DNA of 63,810 nucleotides, counting the filler. It is 6 parts of 6 records of this genome, joined end to end, with 100 filler letters (N's around TTAATTAATTAA, not from the genome) between each part and the next. Parts side by side here need not be neighbours in the genome. Positions count along the whole stretch, not along the records: positions 1 to 16,527 come from SRR31156797_6777; 5 more parts are not named here. The stretch is one strand, 5' to 3'. A program made the translations under genes and the position numbers. How positions within the stretch are numbered: position 1 is the stretch's first letter; the number at the start of each line of letters is the position of its first letter. Of this stretch, positions 1 to 9,844 are shown one piece after another. The notes under the pieces are model-generated. The model ran no database searches. It was not told the origin of the DNA and worked only from the letters and a program-made list of their open reading frames with translations.

Positions 1-10
1 TAATTAAGCA

Positions 11-33
11 CTTTTGAGACAGCCCCTTTTTTT
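11..33. repeat. Bacteroidota intergenic REP/terminator-like repeat arm (CTTTTGAGACAGCCCC + T-run)
   Basis: 11-26 is the near-perfect reverse complement (15/16) of GAGGCTGTCTCAAAAG at 16501-16516, at the other end of the same contig. Confidence 0.55.
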
Positions 34-289
34 GATACTAATTTCATTTCAAACTTAAGATAGTTATTAAAGCGCTTTCTTAAAAGTATACATTTAATCA
101 ATTTCTTGTGATTTATGTAAAAATGTAAGCATACACATTAAGTAAAAAATTACCTTTCAATAACTCATTATTTCGACATAGCACAATTGAATCTATTGCA
201 AAATATTAAGATACTTCTTCATCGCCATTTTTATTATCTTTTTAGACTAATTCTAATTCGAAATATAATAATTTCAAAAGTCATATAAA

Positions 290-1447
290 TTAGAATTCAC
301 CAAATCCCCAAACTAATCCAACTTTTGCCATCAAAAAGTTACTTTCCATTCCCTTTATCGCAGTTTCGATTGGATAAGTGTAACATACATCAAGTTTCAA
401 ACTTATATATGATGATATTGGATAATAATATCTTCCTTGTCCAGGTTCAAATGTAAAAAGGTTTATCTCTGAGTGAATACCTGGTCCAAATCCAAAAGTA
501 TTCATAACTGTTAAATTATCTTCAGGTTTTGAATCATCAGGATTAAATTTATCAGTATCAATCTGAACACTAAGAAAAGTTAGATATGGAGCTAAGTGAA
601 AATTATCATTTCGCTTAATAAAGTAACCCAAAGATGCACCTCCCTGAAAATATGTGAAATGATCATTATTGTCAAAAGCATATTGGACACCATCCTTCTC
701 TACAGTATAGTTACCACCTGACTCCAATGAACCAGCTGCCAGATACAATGAAAAATATGTTCGATGAATATTAATATCAAATCCCATATAACCTCCAAAC
801 ATGCTACCATACTTATTCCCTCCACTAATTGGAAAACCAAATGATGGTCCTAAATAAATTGAATATGATAAGCGTCCCAGAGGTTTCCCCATAAAGTATT
901 TCAATGCATTTTCATACACTGTTTCGGAATATTCCTTTTCATATTTCCGATACATTTCTCGATAAACCTCATCAGCTTTATCAGCTTTTAGCAAATACAA
1001 AAGCATCTGCAAGAAATTCTTATCCCGTGCTGTGATATCTGAATTCTCAAGAGCTAATTTTAAATCGGAATAATTCCTTACCAATTCATCATATAAAGTT
1101 TCACTTATTGGCTCCATACCCTGAATAGGTGTAAACTTATATTCTTTTGTATACTTGGCCATTAAGTTTGCCACGTTCTCCCATTCTTTAAGAAGGAAAT
1201 TGATATAAATCTCTTCCGTAATGAAGAAAGGGTCCATCTTAGAATCAGTAGTTACTTCTTTAAGGTAATTATAGACATCTGACATTTTCTGATAATCACC
1301 ATTCAATGCAGATTTTTCCAATAAACTCCGCCCGTTATTTACAATTAAGTTTGTTGTATCGACAAACGATTTAATTTCATCCTCGATTTGTGCATTGAGT
1401 TTACTGAGTGAAAATAATGCAATTAAAATCAGTAATAATTTTCTCAT
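290..1447 (-). CDS. Exported hypothetical protein, probable outer-membrane beta-barrel C-terminal half
   Basis: 385-aa ORF; signal peptide MRKLLLILIALFSLSKLNAQ; helical N-half; amphipathic aromatic beta-strand pattern in the C-half ending GLVWGFGEF. Confidence 0.6.
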   Translation of the reverse strand: MRKLLLILIALFSLSKLNAQIEDEIKSFVDTTNLIVNNGRSLLEKSALNGDYQKMSDVYNYLKEVTTDSKMDPFFITEEIYINFLLKEWENVANLMAKYTKEYKFTPIQGMEPISETLYDELVRNYSDLKLALENSDITARDKNFLQMLLYLLKADKADEVYREMYRKYEKEYSETVYENALKYFMGKPLGRLSYSIYLGPSFGFPISGGNKYGSMFGGYMGFDINIHRTYFSLYLAAGSLESGGNYTVEKDGVQYAFDNNDHFTYFQGGASLGYFIKRNDNFHLAPYLTFLSVQIDTDKFNPDDSKPEDNLTVMNTFGFGPGIHSEINLFTFEPGQGRYYYPISSYISLKLDVCYTYPIETAIKGMESNFLMAKVGLVWGFGEF

Positions 1448-1461
1448 AGTTATTTTTTCCT

Positions 1462-1469
1462 CAAAGATA
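1462..1469 (-). promoter_or_regulatory. Bacteroidota -7 promoter element (TAnnTTTG)
   Basis: TATCTTTG on the - strand, 14 nt upstream of the ATG at 1447. Confidence 0.5.
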
Positions 1470-1495
1470 AAAACATTAATTTTTGTCTATGGAAA

Positions 1496-2119
1496 TTAAT
1501 CATGCTCTTGATTAATGAAGTATTGCTTTGTTTCTTTGAAAAAGAGGTAAATAAAAACAAAAGGAACTCCAAATAAAATACCTCCAAGGATTCTTAAATC
1601 ATTTTGTAATTGCAAAGCAATAATTTCAATTATCATTAAAACCCCAAACAAGGCAATAACAGAGATAACAAAATATCTTAAATTTTTAAATATTGGTTGC
1701 TCATTAATATTAAGTTGCATTACTCTGATCATGAAGTTTATAAAAAATCCAAGCATTGCAATCCCTGATAATAGCAATAACATTAAAAGACTCTGTTGAC
1801 GCAACGTATCACTTGCTAATGTTAATAAACCTGATAAAATTACTAACCTAATAAGCCATGTCAAAACCATTTGTAATTGAATTTGTCCTAGTGCCTTTAC
1901 AAGCACTTCTCTCAAAGAGTGCCAAATTGTGGCATATAGAAAGAAATATATTGCCACCCTAAATGCACCCGTAATACCCAAATTAGTTGCTTCGCCCTCT
2001 GATTCTGTTACAGTAAAAGCATTTAGCACATTTATTAAAATAAAAAATACGGTTGATAACATACCTATGTTATAAGTACGCTCTGAAATCTTATTATTTT
2101 CCATAAAACTACCATTCAT
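1496..2119 (-). CDS. Integral membrane hypothetical protein (~6 TM)
   Basis: 207-aa ORF with repeated hydrophobic segments; no recognised motif. Confidence 0.6.
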   Translation of the reverse strand: MNGSFMENNKISERTYNIGMLSTVFFILINVLNAFTVTESEGEATNLGITGAFRVAIYFFLYATIWHSLREVLVKALGQIQLQMVLTWLIRLVILSGLLTLASDTLRQQSLLMLLLLSGIAMLGFFINFMIRVMQLNINEQPIFKNLRYFVISVIALFGVLMIIEIIALQLQNDLRILGGILFGVPFVFIYLFFKETKQYFINQEHD

Positions 2120-2215
2120 TGGCCAAATTTATTGATTTTAAAGAAAACAAAAGATTATTAAATAACCTTTTATATGCAAAATAATAAGTTAAGAAAATTG
2201 GATTGGGATACAGTT

Positions 2216-2563
2216 TTAAACGATAACCGCTTCGATTTCTCTTTTACTGAATGGCTTCTGAAAATACCTTTTAATCAAACCTTGATCTATTGCTTGTTGC
2301 ACTTCGTTGGTAATTTCAAATCCTGAGAGCATATAATACTCTATATCAGGATAATGCTGGGAAGCTTTAGAAATAAATTCCAAACCATTCATTCCTGGCA
2401 TACGCATGTCACTAATAATAACCTCAGGTTTCTCAATCTTTGTTAATAATTCGAGTGCCATTTGCGCATTAGATGCAGTTTCTAACTCACATTTTTTACA
2501 AAACATAGTCTCAAAGAGCATTAAGTTCATCTCTTCATCATCTACGTAAAGAATTTTTTTCAT
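2216..2563 (-). CDS. Single-domain response regulator (CheY-like receiver)
   Basis: KILYVDDE acidic pair, SDMRMPGMNG phosphoacceptor Asp, KP motif. Confidence 0.92.
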   Translation of the reverse strand: MKKILYVDDEEMNLMLFETMFCKKCELETASNAQMALELLTKIEKPEVIISDMRMPGMNGLEFISKASQHYPDIEYYMLSGFEITNEVQQAIDQGLIKRYFQKPFSKREIEAVIV

Positions 2564-2568
2564 GCAAT

Positions 2569-4053
2569 TTATAATTCAGTGGTTGTCGGCATGGAAATTA
2601 CAAATGTTGTGCCTTTTTGTAACACCGATTGACATTTAACATTTCCTTTATGCTCCATGATAATTTTCTTCGCAATAGAAAGCCCAAGTCCGGTGCCCTC
2701 TCCAGGATCTTTGGTGGTAAAAAACGGATCAAAAATATGTTTTAAATTTTTTTCACTAATTCCTTTTCCTGAATCTTCTATTGTTACAATTAAGCTTTCA
2801 TTAACTGTTTTGGTTTTAATATCAATAAAACCTTCTCCAGGTATAGCCTGAATTGAATTTAAAAGTATATTTAGCAACACCTGGTGCATTTGCCCCTCAT
2901 TAGCAAGCACATAGGAATTACCAGCAGCATAGTTTTTATTGATCTTAATCCTATCTTTATATTGATTATAAAGCATAACCAACGCATCATCAATTACCTG
3001 GTGAATATCAACTTTTGTCCATGGCAGATCTTCACTTCTAGAATAACGTCCCAGGCTTTTCACAATGTTAATTGTCCGTTCAATACCAATATCTATCGCT
3101 TCAAAAAATGGTTTTAGATCCTCCCTTTCATGCTCACAATTTTCTTCCATATAATTTTCAATAGCACTTATTCCACTATAAATATAATTTATAGGGTTAT
3201 TAATTTCGTGAGCAACCCCTGCAGTTAAAATACCTAAAGAAGCCATTTTCTCAGCGTCAATTAGCCTTGCCTGAGCAGTTTTAAGTTCAGTTAACGTCTC
3301 ATTTAGTTTTTCATTTTTTAGATTAATTTCATCCTGATATGAAATCAATTCTTCATTTTGAACCACAAGCTCCTCTCCACTTTCTTTTAATTCTATATTC
3401 CTCGATTCCAGTCTTTTAGACTGCTCTTCTAATTTTTCTTCATAAATAGTATTTCTTCTTCTCAAATAAAAAACAGAAAGGTTAATAAAAGAAAATATAG
3501 CAATTTGCGATAGTTTATAATATGCCATATTATCTTTCAATATAGTTACAATTGGTATATCAACAGATATCATTTCAATAATAACTATATCATAAGCAAG
3601 TAACATTGCTAAAAAGTAAATGATTGAAACAATATAAATTAACTTCTGCTTTTGATAAGAAAAAATAAAGTGTGGAATTAATGATAGTGCAACAATACCA
3701 AATGGTACATATAGTAAATATTCATCTCTAAACAATCCGAAAAGAGTTGGAAAATATGCTAATATGGCCACCGGAAAAACGGTTACCATAAACTTGCTTA
3801 GTCCGGGATAACCAATTCTGGATAAAAGTAAATTTAAAATCCCTACTACTGCAAGTAAAGAAATCCGATAAGTTCCATAAGAAAGCGGACTATCAATCAT
3901 AAAATACAATACAACCTCTACTGCATTTATAAATAATGCAGTTAAAAAAATAGTAAGATTAATAGTATTAGTAAGCATAATATTTCTATTCTGACATTGA
4001 CTTTTTGTTGCAGTTGTGCCAGCATATATAATATTATCTATAATTTTTTTCAT
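2569..4053 (-). CDS. Membrane sensor histidine kinase
   Basis: Multi-TM N-terminus, coiled coil, H-box AGVAHEINNP, N-box NILLNS, DSGKG, FDPFFTTK, GTGLGL. Confidence 0.92.
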   Translation of the reverse strand: MKKIIDNIIYAGTTATKSQCQNRNIMLTNTINLTIFLTALFINAVEVVLYFMIDSPLSYGTYRISLLAVVGILNLLLSRIGYPGLSKFMVTVFPVAILAYFPTLFGLFRDEYLLYVPFGIVALSLIPHFIFSYQKQKLIYIVSIIYFLAMLLAYDIVIIEMISVDIPIVTILKDNMAYYKLSQIAIFSFINLSVFYLRRRNTIYEEKLEEQSKRLESRNIELKESGEELVVQNEELISYQDEINLKNEKLNETLTELKTAQARLIDAEKMASLGILTAGVAHEINNPINYIYSGISAIENYMEENCEHEREDLKPFFEAIDIGIERTINIVKSLGRYSRSEDLPWTKVDIHQVIDDALVMLYNQYKDRIKINKNYAAGNSYVLANEGQMHQVLLNILLNSIQAIPGEGFIDIKTKTVNESLIVTIEDSGKGISEKNLKHIFDPFFTTKDPGEGTGLGLSIAKKIIMEHKGNVKCQSVLQKGTTFVISMPTTTEL

Positions 4054-4189
4054 TAAATGGCATTCTATTGGAGCAAGGTTTCACATTATAAAATAAGTAA
4101 TCAAATTAATAATAAATTGTTTAACAATGAGCGAAACTTCTTTTATTTAACTTTGCATTAGGTTTATGCATTTGAACTCGAATGTTAAT

Positions 4190-5608
4190 TTATTCCTTGC
4201 TATAAACTAAAGGAAAAGTTATCAAAATGGTAGTTCCTTTGTGAGGTGCTGATTCACATATAATCTCACCGTTATGCTCAAGAATAATCTTTTTAGATAT
4301 TGATAATCCCAAACCCGTGCCTTGCCCTGGATCCTTTGTGGTGAAAAACGGATCAAAAATGTGTTTGAGATTTTGCTCTTCTATTCCTTTTCCTGAATCT
4401 TTTATAGATAGCCTGATTTTATGATCCAGAACTTTAGAATCAATATCAATGCCCCCTTCACCTTCAATAGCCTGAATAGCATTTAGCAATATATTGAGTA
4501 AAACCTGATGAATTTGACCTTCATTGGCTAAAATGATAGGGCTTTCTGTTGTGTAATTTTTATTAATTGTAATTCTTCCTTTATATTGATTAACAAGCAT
4601 AAGCAAAGCACTATCAACAACCTCATGCAGATCAACTTCAGACCAGGGTAAATCCTCACTACGTGAATATCTGCCAAGACTTTTCACTATATTCACAGTA
4701 CGTTCTATACCGGTATCGATAGCATCTAAATATGGCTTAATAGCTTCCTTACTTTTTAAATCATTTTCTGCTAAATAATTATCAATAGCTTGAATTCCAT
4801 TATATATAAAATTAACCGGATTATTGATTTCATGAGCCACTCCTGCTGTTAGTATACCTAAAGATGCCATCTTTTCAGAATCAATAAGTTTCTCCTGAGC
4901 ATTTTTTAAAGAACTGAGTGCTTTATTCAATTCCTCACGCTGCAGAAACAATTCTTCATTTGTTGCTTTTAATTCTTCATTTGCGGTAGCTAAATCATCT
5001 GTTTGTATGGCTACTTGTTTGGCCAACTCATCATTATAACTTTCTAATTTATTAGTGAAATTTTGATATGTCTTAAGAAACATTCTTGTAATAATCAAAA
5101 CTATTACAGCCACAAGCGTAATATGTATTATATTAATTATCCAGGGGTACAATTTAAAAATATACTCATTAGGGATATAATTATCCGGTATATGAAGCAT
5201 CCCTGTTGAGTGCATATAACCTAGAATAATAAAACCAATTACAGTGAAAAGATGTATGATTATAACCGATACAAATCTCAAATACATAAATGAGAAAAAA
5301 GGAATCAAAATAATATAAACTCTTGCGGATGAGAGTAATCCATATATTGCAGCATCATAAAATGAAAAAGCTAACGTTAAAACTATAAAAACCATTGCTT
5401 TAAAAGCATTTGAAAGTTTCTTTCTAAAAATGGTTGTTACAATAATTGAAGCAATAACAATAAATTCAAACAGATAAGAAATTGTAATTGGATTAGCAAG
5501 AAGACGTGTTAAACTAATTAAATATGCCAATGAGCCAAAAGCGGAACCATATACAAGAGACCTGTTCAACACCTCTTCTCTTATGTTATATAAAGAGTCT
5601 TTCAACAT
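4190..5608 (-). CDS. Membrane sensor histidine kinase (paralog of 2569-4053)
   Basis: Multi-TM N-terminus; H-box AGVAHEINNP, NILLNA, DSGKG, FDPFFTTK, GTGLGL. Confidence 0.92.
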   Translation of the reverse strand: MLKDSLYNIREEVLNRSLVYGSAFGSLAYLISLTRLLANPITISYLFEFIVIASIIVTTIFRKKLSNAFKAMVFIVLTLAFSFYDAAIYGLLSSARVYIILIPFFSFMYLRFVSVIIIHLFTVIGFIILGYMHSTGMLHIPDNYIPNEYIFKLYPWIINIIHITLVAVIVLIITRMFLKTYQNFTNKLESYNDELAKQVAIQTDDLATANEELKATNEELFLQREELNKALSSLKNAQEKLIDSEKMASLGILTAGVAHEINNPVNFIYNGIQAIDNYLAENDLKSKEAIKPYLDAIDTGIERTVNIVKSLGRYSRSEDLPWSEVDLHEVVDSALLMLVNQYKGRITINKNYTTESPIILANEGQIHQVLLNILLNAIQAIEGEGGIDIDSKVLDHKIRLSIKDSGKGIEEQNLKHIFDPFFTTKDPGQGTGLGLSISKKIILEHNGEIICESAPHKGTTILITFPLVYSKE

Positions 5609-5621
5609 ATAATTGTAATTT

Positions 5622-8318
5622 CTATGTTAAAAATAGTTTTATTGTTTCTTTCACTTCTTTCGGATCAATTGGTTTTCCTAAAAAGACATCTACACCTGAC
5701 TGAATATTCTTTTTCCATCTTTGATGTGACCCGTCTTTAGTTAGTCCAATAATTGGGATTTCACTATATTCATTCTTAACCCTTGATACAAATAATGTCA
5801 AATCAATCTCTGGCATACTCATATCAAGAAATATAACACTAATATTTTGTTTTTCAAGCTCTTTAATTGAGTTTTGCAAATCAGAAACCTGTATCATATT
5901 AGCACCTGTATCTTTCATAGCCACTTGAAATGTATCAAAATCATTTTTTGAATCAAACACAAGTATATGATGAAAAGATAAGTCCATCAAAGCACCATCA
6001 TAACCCACTCCTCTATCAATAATAGACAGCTGCATACTTATTTTGTTACCCCTTTCCAATGAAGACTCAAGTATCAATGAACAATTCGCATTTTCCAACA
6101 ATTGATTTATATCAGCAATTTTAAGTGCTCCATATCCTAAATCAGAGATTTTGTCAAGTGAAAGAAGGTTCAAGTTAGTTCCATTATCAGATATTGAAAT
6201 TTCAATTGTTTGTTCATTGATTTGTTTACATTCTAACTCAACAATATTTCCTTCAGTAGCATCTGCAAATAGGTGTATTATTCTGACCAAAATAGACTCA
6301 ATCCAAAATGACTGCAGAGAGAATGCCAGTTTTTGAGAAGGTAAATTGCCTGTAAGTTTAAGTATGGTCCCTGGTTTATTTAATTTAAAATATTGATCAA
6401 AAATGGTTGAGATTAAATCAATGGTTTCTTTTAACGAAAACAATTTGGTATTCTTCGGGTCCGAGTTATAATCATTTACTCCTTCCAGTATCTTTCTTGT
6501 TAAACCTGATAATGAAGTTAATAAATATGCCCCTTCATGTGGGTTATATGTTTCAGGTGAAAGAAACTGATTAAATAGTTTTTGATTAATGATTCTAAGC
6601 ATCATTAAATAAAAATTCAGCACGCCACTTATTGATTTATTCACAAGATTGCCCGAAACGGGTTTCAATAAATTTAATTCCTGATTCTTAAGTTTTAGCA
6701 AATCCTCTTTAGCCTTTACTTTAGTTTGAATAAAAATTAACTGAGAATAAACACTATCAATCAACATAAACTCTGTAGTCATGTTCACAGTTATTGATCT
6801 ATTCAGTTCATCATAAATATCACAATCAAAAGAACTATTGGTTTTAACTTCTTCCAAATATCGCTCAACCCTACTAAGATCATATGTATTGATAAAAATA
6901 TTTAAAGGTTGCTCATTAAGATTTGCAGAAGTATTGCCTATAAGTTCCCCAAATAATTCGTTAGCAAATAGTATTTTCTTATTGCTGTATATTAGTGCAG
7001 GAATTGAGAAAGAATTTATTACTTTTTCAATATTACTGTACGTAAAGCCAATTTCAAAATTTTGATGCAGATTAGAAATTTTATTTTTCTTAAGATCATT
7101 ATGAAGTAATGCAAAGGAATTATATACCTCTCCTTCAATAGATTCATCATTAAAACGCGCTTTAAAAGGAGTAATCAGAAAATCACCAGCATTTATAAAT
7201 GAAAGAACTTTGCGAATATTCGAAACTGAACTATTATACTTATTGGTTAACGCATTATAATCAGACTGAAGTTTCTGAAACTGTTTCTTTAATTCATTAT
7301 AATCTTGAGCGGGTTGAATTCTAATTAGATTTGAAAATGGCTGTGTTTCAATAATCATATTCTTCATCTCAATGATAGAAAATGCAGCCTTTAGAGATTT
7401 AGCTGTTTTCCAATGATCATAGCGTTCCGGGTAAAGTCTCTTTCTGAAGCTCAGCAAGTAATTAATCATCGGGTTTGCCATGACTATTACACCATTTGAT
7501 AAATGATGTTGATTCTGTTCCATTGTTCGCATAAGCTTACGCGCCTGGGAATCAATAGCATTAACCTTGCGCACATCAAAAATCACAAAAAAACCTTGCT
7601 TTCTTAAGTCTATCTCAAGCTGATTACTTATTTCAACAACTTTTTGCTGTAAAACCTGGACATCAATTGCAGAAACTCTACCTTCTATCTCATAAAGAAT
7701 TATATGATTATCAAAAAATAAAACTTTTGTTTTTAGGGTTTTGTCTTGACTTTCATATTGCCAGTCAGGTAATTCCAAATAACGATAAACTTTATTACCA
7801 ATTTTTTTTGTATACCGGGTTTTTGTCCAAAACTCAGCAAAACGCCCTTTAAAAGTATCTTCCTGATCAGGAGCGCTCTTGATATTTCTTGCGAATGCTA
7901 AAGCTTCATTTATACTGCTTGGGAATAAGCCAAAAATCGATTCATTTTTCTTTTTCCAAACTGATAAAATTAATTTATAAATGAATTTTCCCGGAAATAC
8001 TATTGTGACATCTATGCTTAAATTTTCAAGTTGCTTCTTTATTAATTGAAAAGATTTTAGTCCAAATAAATCGCTAAAATCCCAGACCAGGACTGTTTTA
8101 TAATTTACAATACGCTGATTTATTTGAAGATGATAGTTTTCGATGAATTGTATCTGTTTACTAACTATTTCTTGCCTCAGTTTTCCGGCTGACCTCAAAA
8201 AAAGAACACCATCAGCAGGTGTTGTAAAAGTATAACCACAGTTATTATCGGCATATGTTATATCCCAGCTTTTTGAATCTATTCCGAGCTTTTCAAACGT
8301 AAATGCTTGCTGTGTCAT
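5622..8318 (-). CDS. Hybrid sensor-kinase-like protein with degenerate kinase core, PAS-like domain and C-terminal receiver
   Basis: C-terminal REC (FLDMSMPE...FLGKPID); PAS-like KILFANELFGELIG; remnants of HATPase (IEISISDNG, ESSLERGN) without a recognisable H-box or N-box. Confidence 0.65.
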   Translation of the reverse strand: MTQQAFTFEKLGIDSKSWDITYADNNCGYTFTTPADGVLFLRSAGKLRQEIVSKQIQFIENYHLQINQRIVNYKTVLVWDFSDLFGLKSFQLIKKQLENLSIDVTIVFPGKFIYKLILSVWKKKNESIFGLFPSSINEALAFARNIKSAPDQEDTFKGRFAEFWTKTRYTKKIGNKVYRYLELPDWQYESQDKTLKTKVLFFDNHIILYEIEGRVSAIDVQVLQQKVVEISNQLEIDLRKQGFFVIFDVRKVNAIDSQARKLMRTMEQNQHHLSNGVIVMANPMINYLLSFRKRLYPERYDHWKTAKSLKAAFSIIEMKNMIIETQPFSNLIRIQPAQDYNELKKQFQKLQSDYNALTNKYNSSVSNIRKVLSFINAGDFLITPFKARFNDESIEGEVYNSFALLHNDLKKNKISNLHQNFEIGFTYSNIEKVINSFSIPALIYSNKKILFANELFGELIGNTSANLNEQPLNIFINTYDLSRVERYLEEVKTNSSFDCDIYDELNRSITVNMTTEFMLIDSVYSQLIFIQTKVKAKEDLLKLKNQELNLLKPVSGNLVNKSISGVLNFYLMMLRIINQKLFNQFLSPETYNPHEGAYLLTSLSGLTRKILEGVNDYNSDPKNTKLFSLKETIDLISTIFDQYFKLNKPGTILKLTGNLPSQKLAFSLQSFWIESILVRIIHLFADATEGNIVELECKQINEQTIEISISDNGTNLNLLSLDKISDLGYGALKIADINQLLENANCSLILESSLERGNKISMQLSIIDRGVGYDGALMDLSFHHILVFDSKNDFDTFQVAMKDTGANMIQVSDLQNSIKELEKQNISVIFLDMSMPEIDLTLFVSRVKNEYSEIPIIGLTKDGSHQRWKKNIQSGVDVFLGKPIDPKEVKETIKLFLT

Positions 8319-9841
8319 TCATCTATTCGTGAAAAATACAATTCATTAAAATGCAGATCAGGATTTGGCAGATCAATTCTAAAACCTTTTATCTGACCTG
8401 TTCCATCCACCTCAAAAATCACTCTACCATGAGGCAAGGAGGGAACTAGTGGCCAATTTACATCAAAAGTTAACATTTCTGTCTGTACCAACTCACCTTT
8501 GAAGATTTTTGATTCTGTCCAATCTATAGTATAATTATCTTCAGCTTTTCCAATTTTCACCTTCCCAATCAATGAATCATAGTATGTACCGACATAAAAA
8601 TCTGGTTTTATATCATCGGGGGCTGCATATAATTTAGCCGGTATGGTTTCCTGATTTTTGAATTTTTTCATTAACTCATTCGCAGTAGTAATATAATCTC
8701 TATCTCCATTTCCAAGCACCTCATCCAATATATGGTACATCAAAACATTAGGTAAAGCGGTTGTTTTATTTGTTAAAAATACAGCACCCAAATTCTTATC
8801 AGGAATTAAAACCATATGACAAACCATACCATCTAATCCACCACTATGATGCAAAACTTTGTAACCTTTATAATCCATCATTGCCCATCCCATGCCAAAA
8901 CTTCTGAAGTTAACAGGAGACTCTAAATACGTTTCAACCCAGGATAACTTATCCGGTGTTTTTTGCTTCCATAGTTCTTTGATTAAATCACCATTTACAA
9001 CCTTTTTATCCTTATAAACTCCATTATTTAGCCACATCTGTAAATACTTACCCATATCAGCCGCTGTAGAAAATAATCCTCCGGCTGCATCCATGTTGTT
9101 CCATGAAAGATATGGCTGAATTTCAATTTTACCATCTTTTTCAACATGCGGTAATGCAATATTCTTTGATTTTAATGCATCTTCATAATCTGAGAAAGTA
9201 CGTTCCATTTCAAGCGGAGTAGTAATAATGCTATCTACTAAAAAATCAAATGATCTGTTGTACTGATTCTCCAATATATTTCCTACCAGTAAATAGAAGA
9301 TATTAGAATAGCCAAAATGAGTCCTAAAACCATACTTAGGCTGCAAATATCTTAACCTACTTATAATTACAGAATCATCTATTTTGCTACCATACCAGAT
9401 TAAATCACCGCTAAAGTTTGTTAAACCAGAACGATGAGAAAGCGCATCAGCAATAGTAATTTGAGAAGTCACATAGCTATCATACAATTGAAAATCAGGA
9501 TAGAGATCTATTATTTTACTATTGAAACTAAGCTTCTCACTTTCAACTGCATCAGCCACAATTGCCGATGTAAAAGTTTTGCTTAAAGAAGCAATTCCAA
9601 AAACAGTATTTTTATCAACAGGAGCGTCACTATCAATACTTAATGTACCATATCCCTTTTCCAACAGAACTTCATTACTAGTTACAATTGTAACTGCCAT
9701 GCCAGGAACTTCATATAGCTCCATTGCATGACTAAAATCCTGATCAAGCTTGCTTATATCAAGTTTTTGTGAATGCGAGCATTGCACAAAATTTAATGAT
9801 ACTAATACAAACAAAAATACCTTTATGTATAAATTCCTCAT
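8315..9841 (-). CDS. Serine hydrolase, beta-lactamase class C/AmpC-like family, with C-terminal DUF3471-like domain
   Basis: SxxK (IASLSK), LSHRSG, YSN and HSGG motifs; signal peptide. Confidence 0.88.
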   Translation of the reverse strand: MRNLYIKVFLFVLVSLNFVQCSHSQKLDISKLDQDFSHAMELYEVPGMAVTIVTSNEVLLEKGYGTLSIDSDAPVDKNTVFGIASLSKTFTSAIVADAVESEKLSFNSKIIDLYPDFQLYDSYVTSQITIADALSHRSGLTNFSGDLIWYGSKIDDSVIISRLRYLQPKYGFRTHFGYSNIFYLLVGNILENQYNRSFDFLVDSIITTPLEMERTFSDYEDALKSKNIALPHVEKDGKIEIQPYLSWNNMDAAGGLFSTAADMGKYLQMWLNNGVYKDKKVVNGDLIKELWKQKTPDKLSWVETYLESPVNFRSFGMGWAMMDYKGYKVLHHSGGLDGMVCHMVLIPDKNLGAVFLTNKTTALPNVLMYHILDEVLGNGDRDYITTANELMKKFKNQETIPAKLYAAPDDIKPDFYVGTYYDSLIGKVKIGKAEDNYTIDWTESKIFKGELVQTEMLTFDVNWPLVPSLPHGRVIFEVDGTGQIKGFRIDLPNPDLHFNELYFSRIDE

Positions 9842-9844
9842 ATG

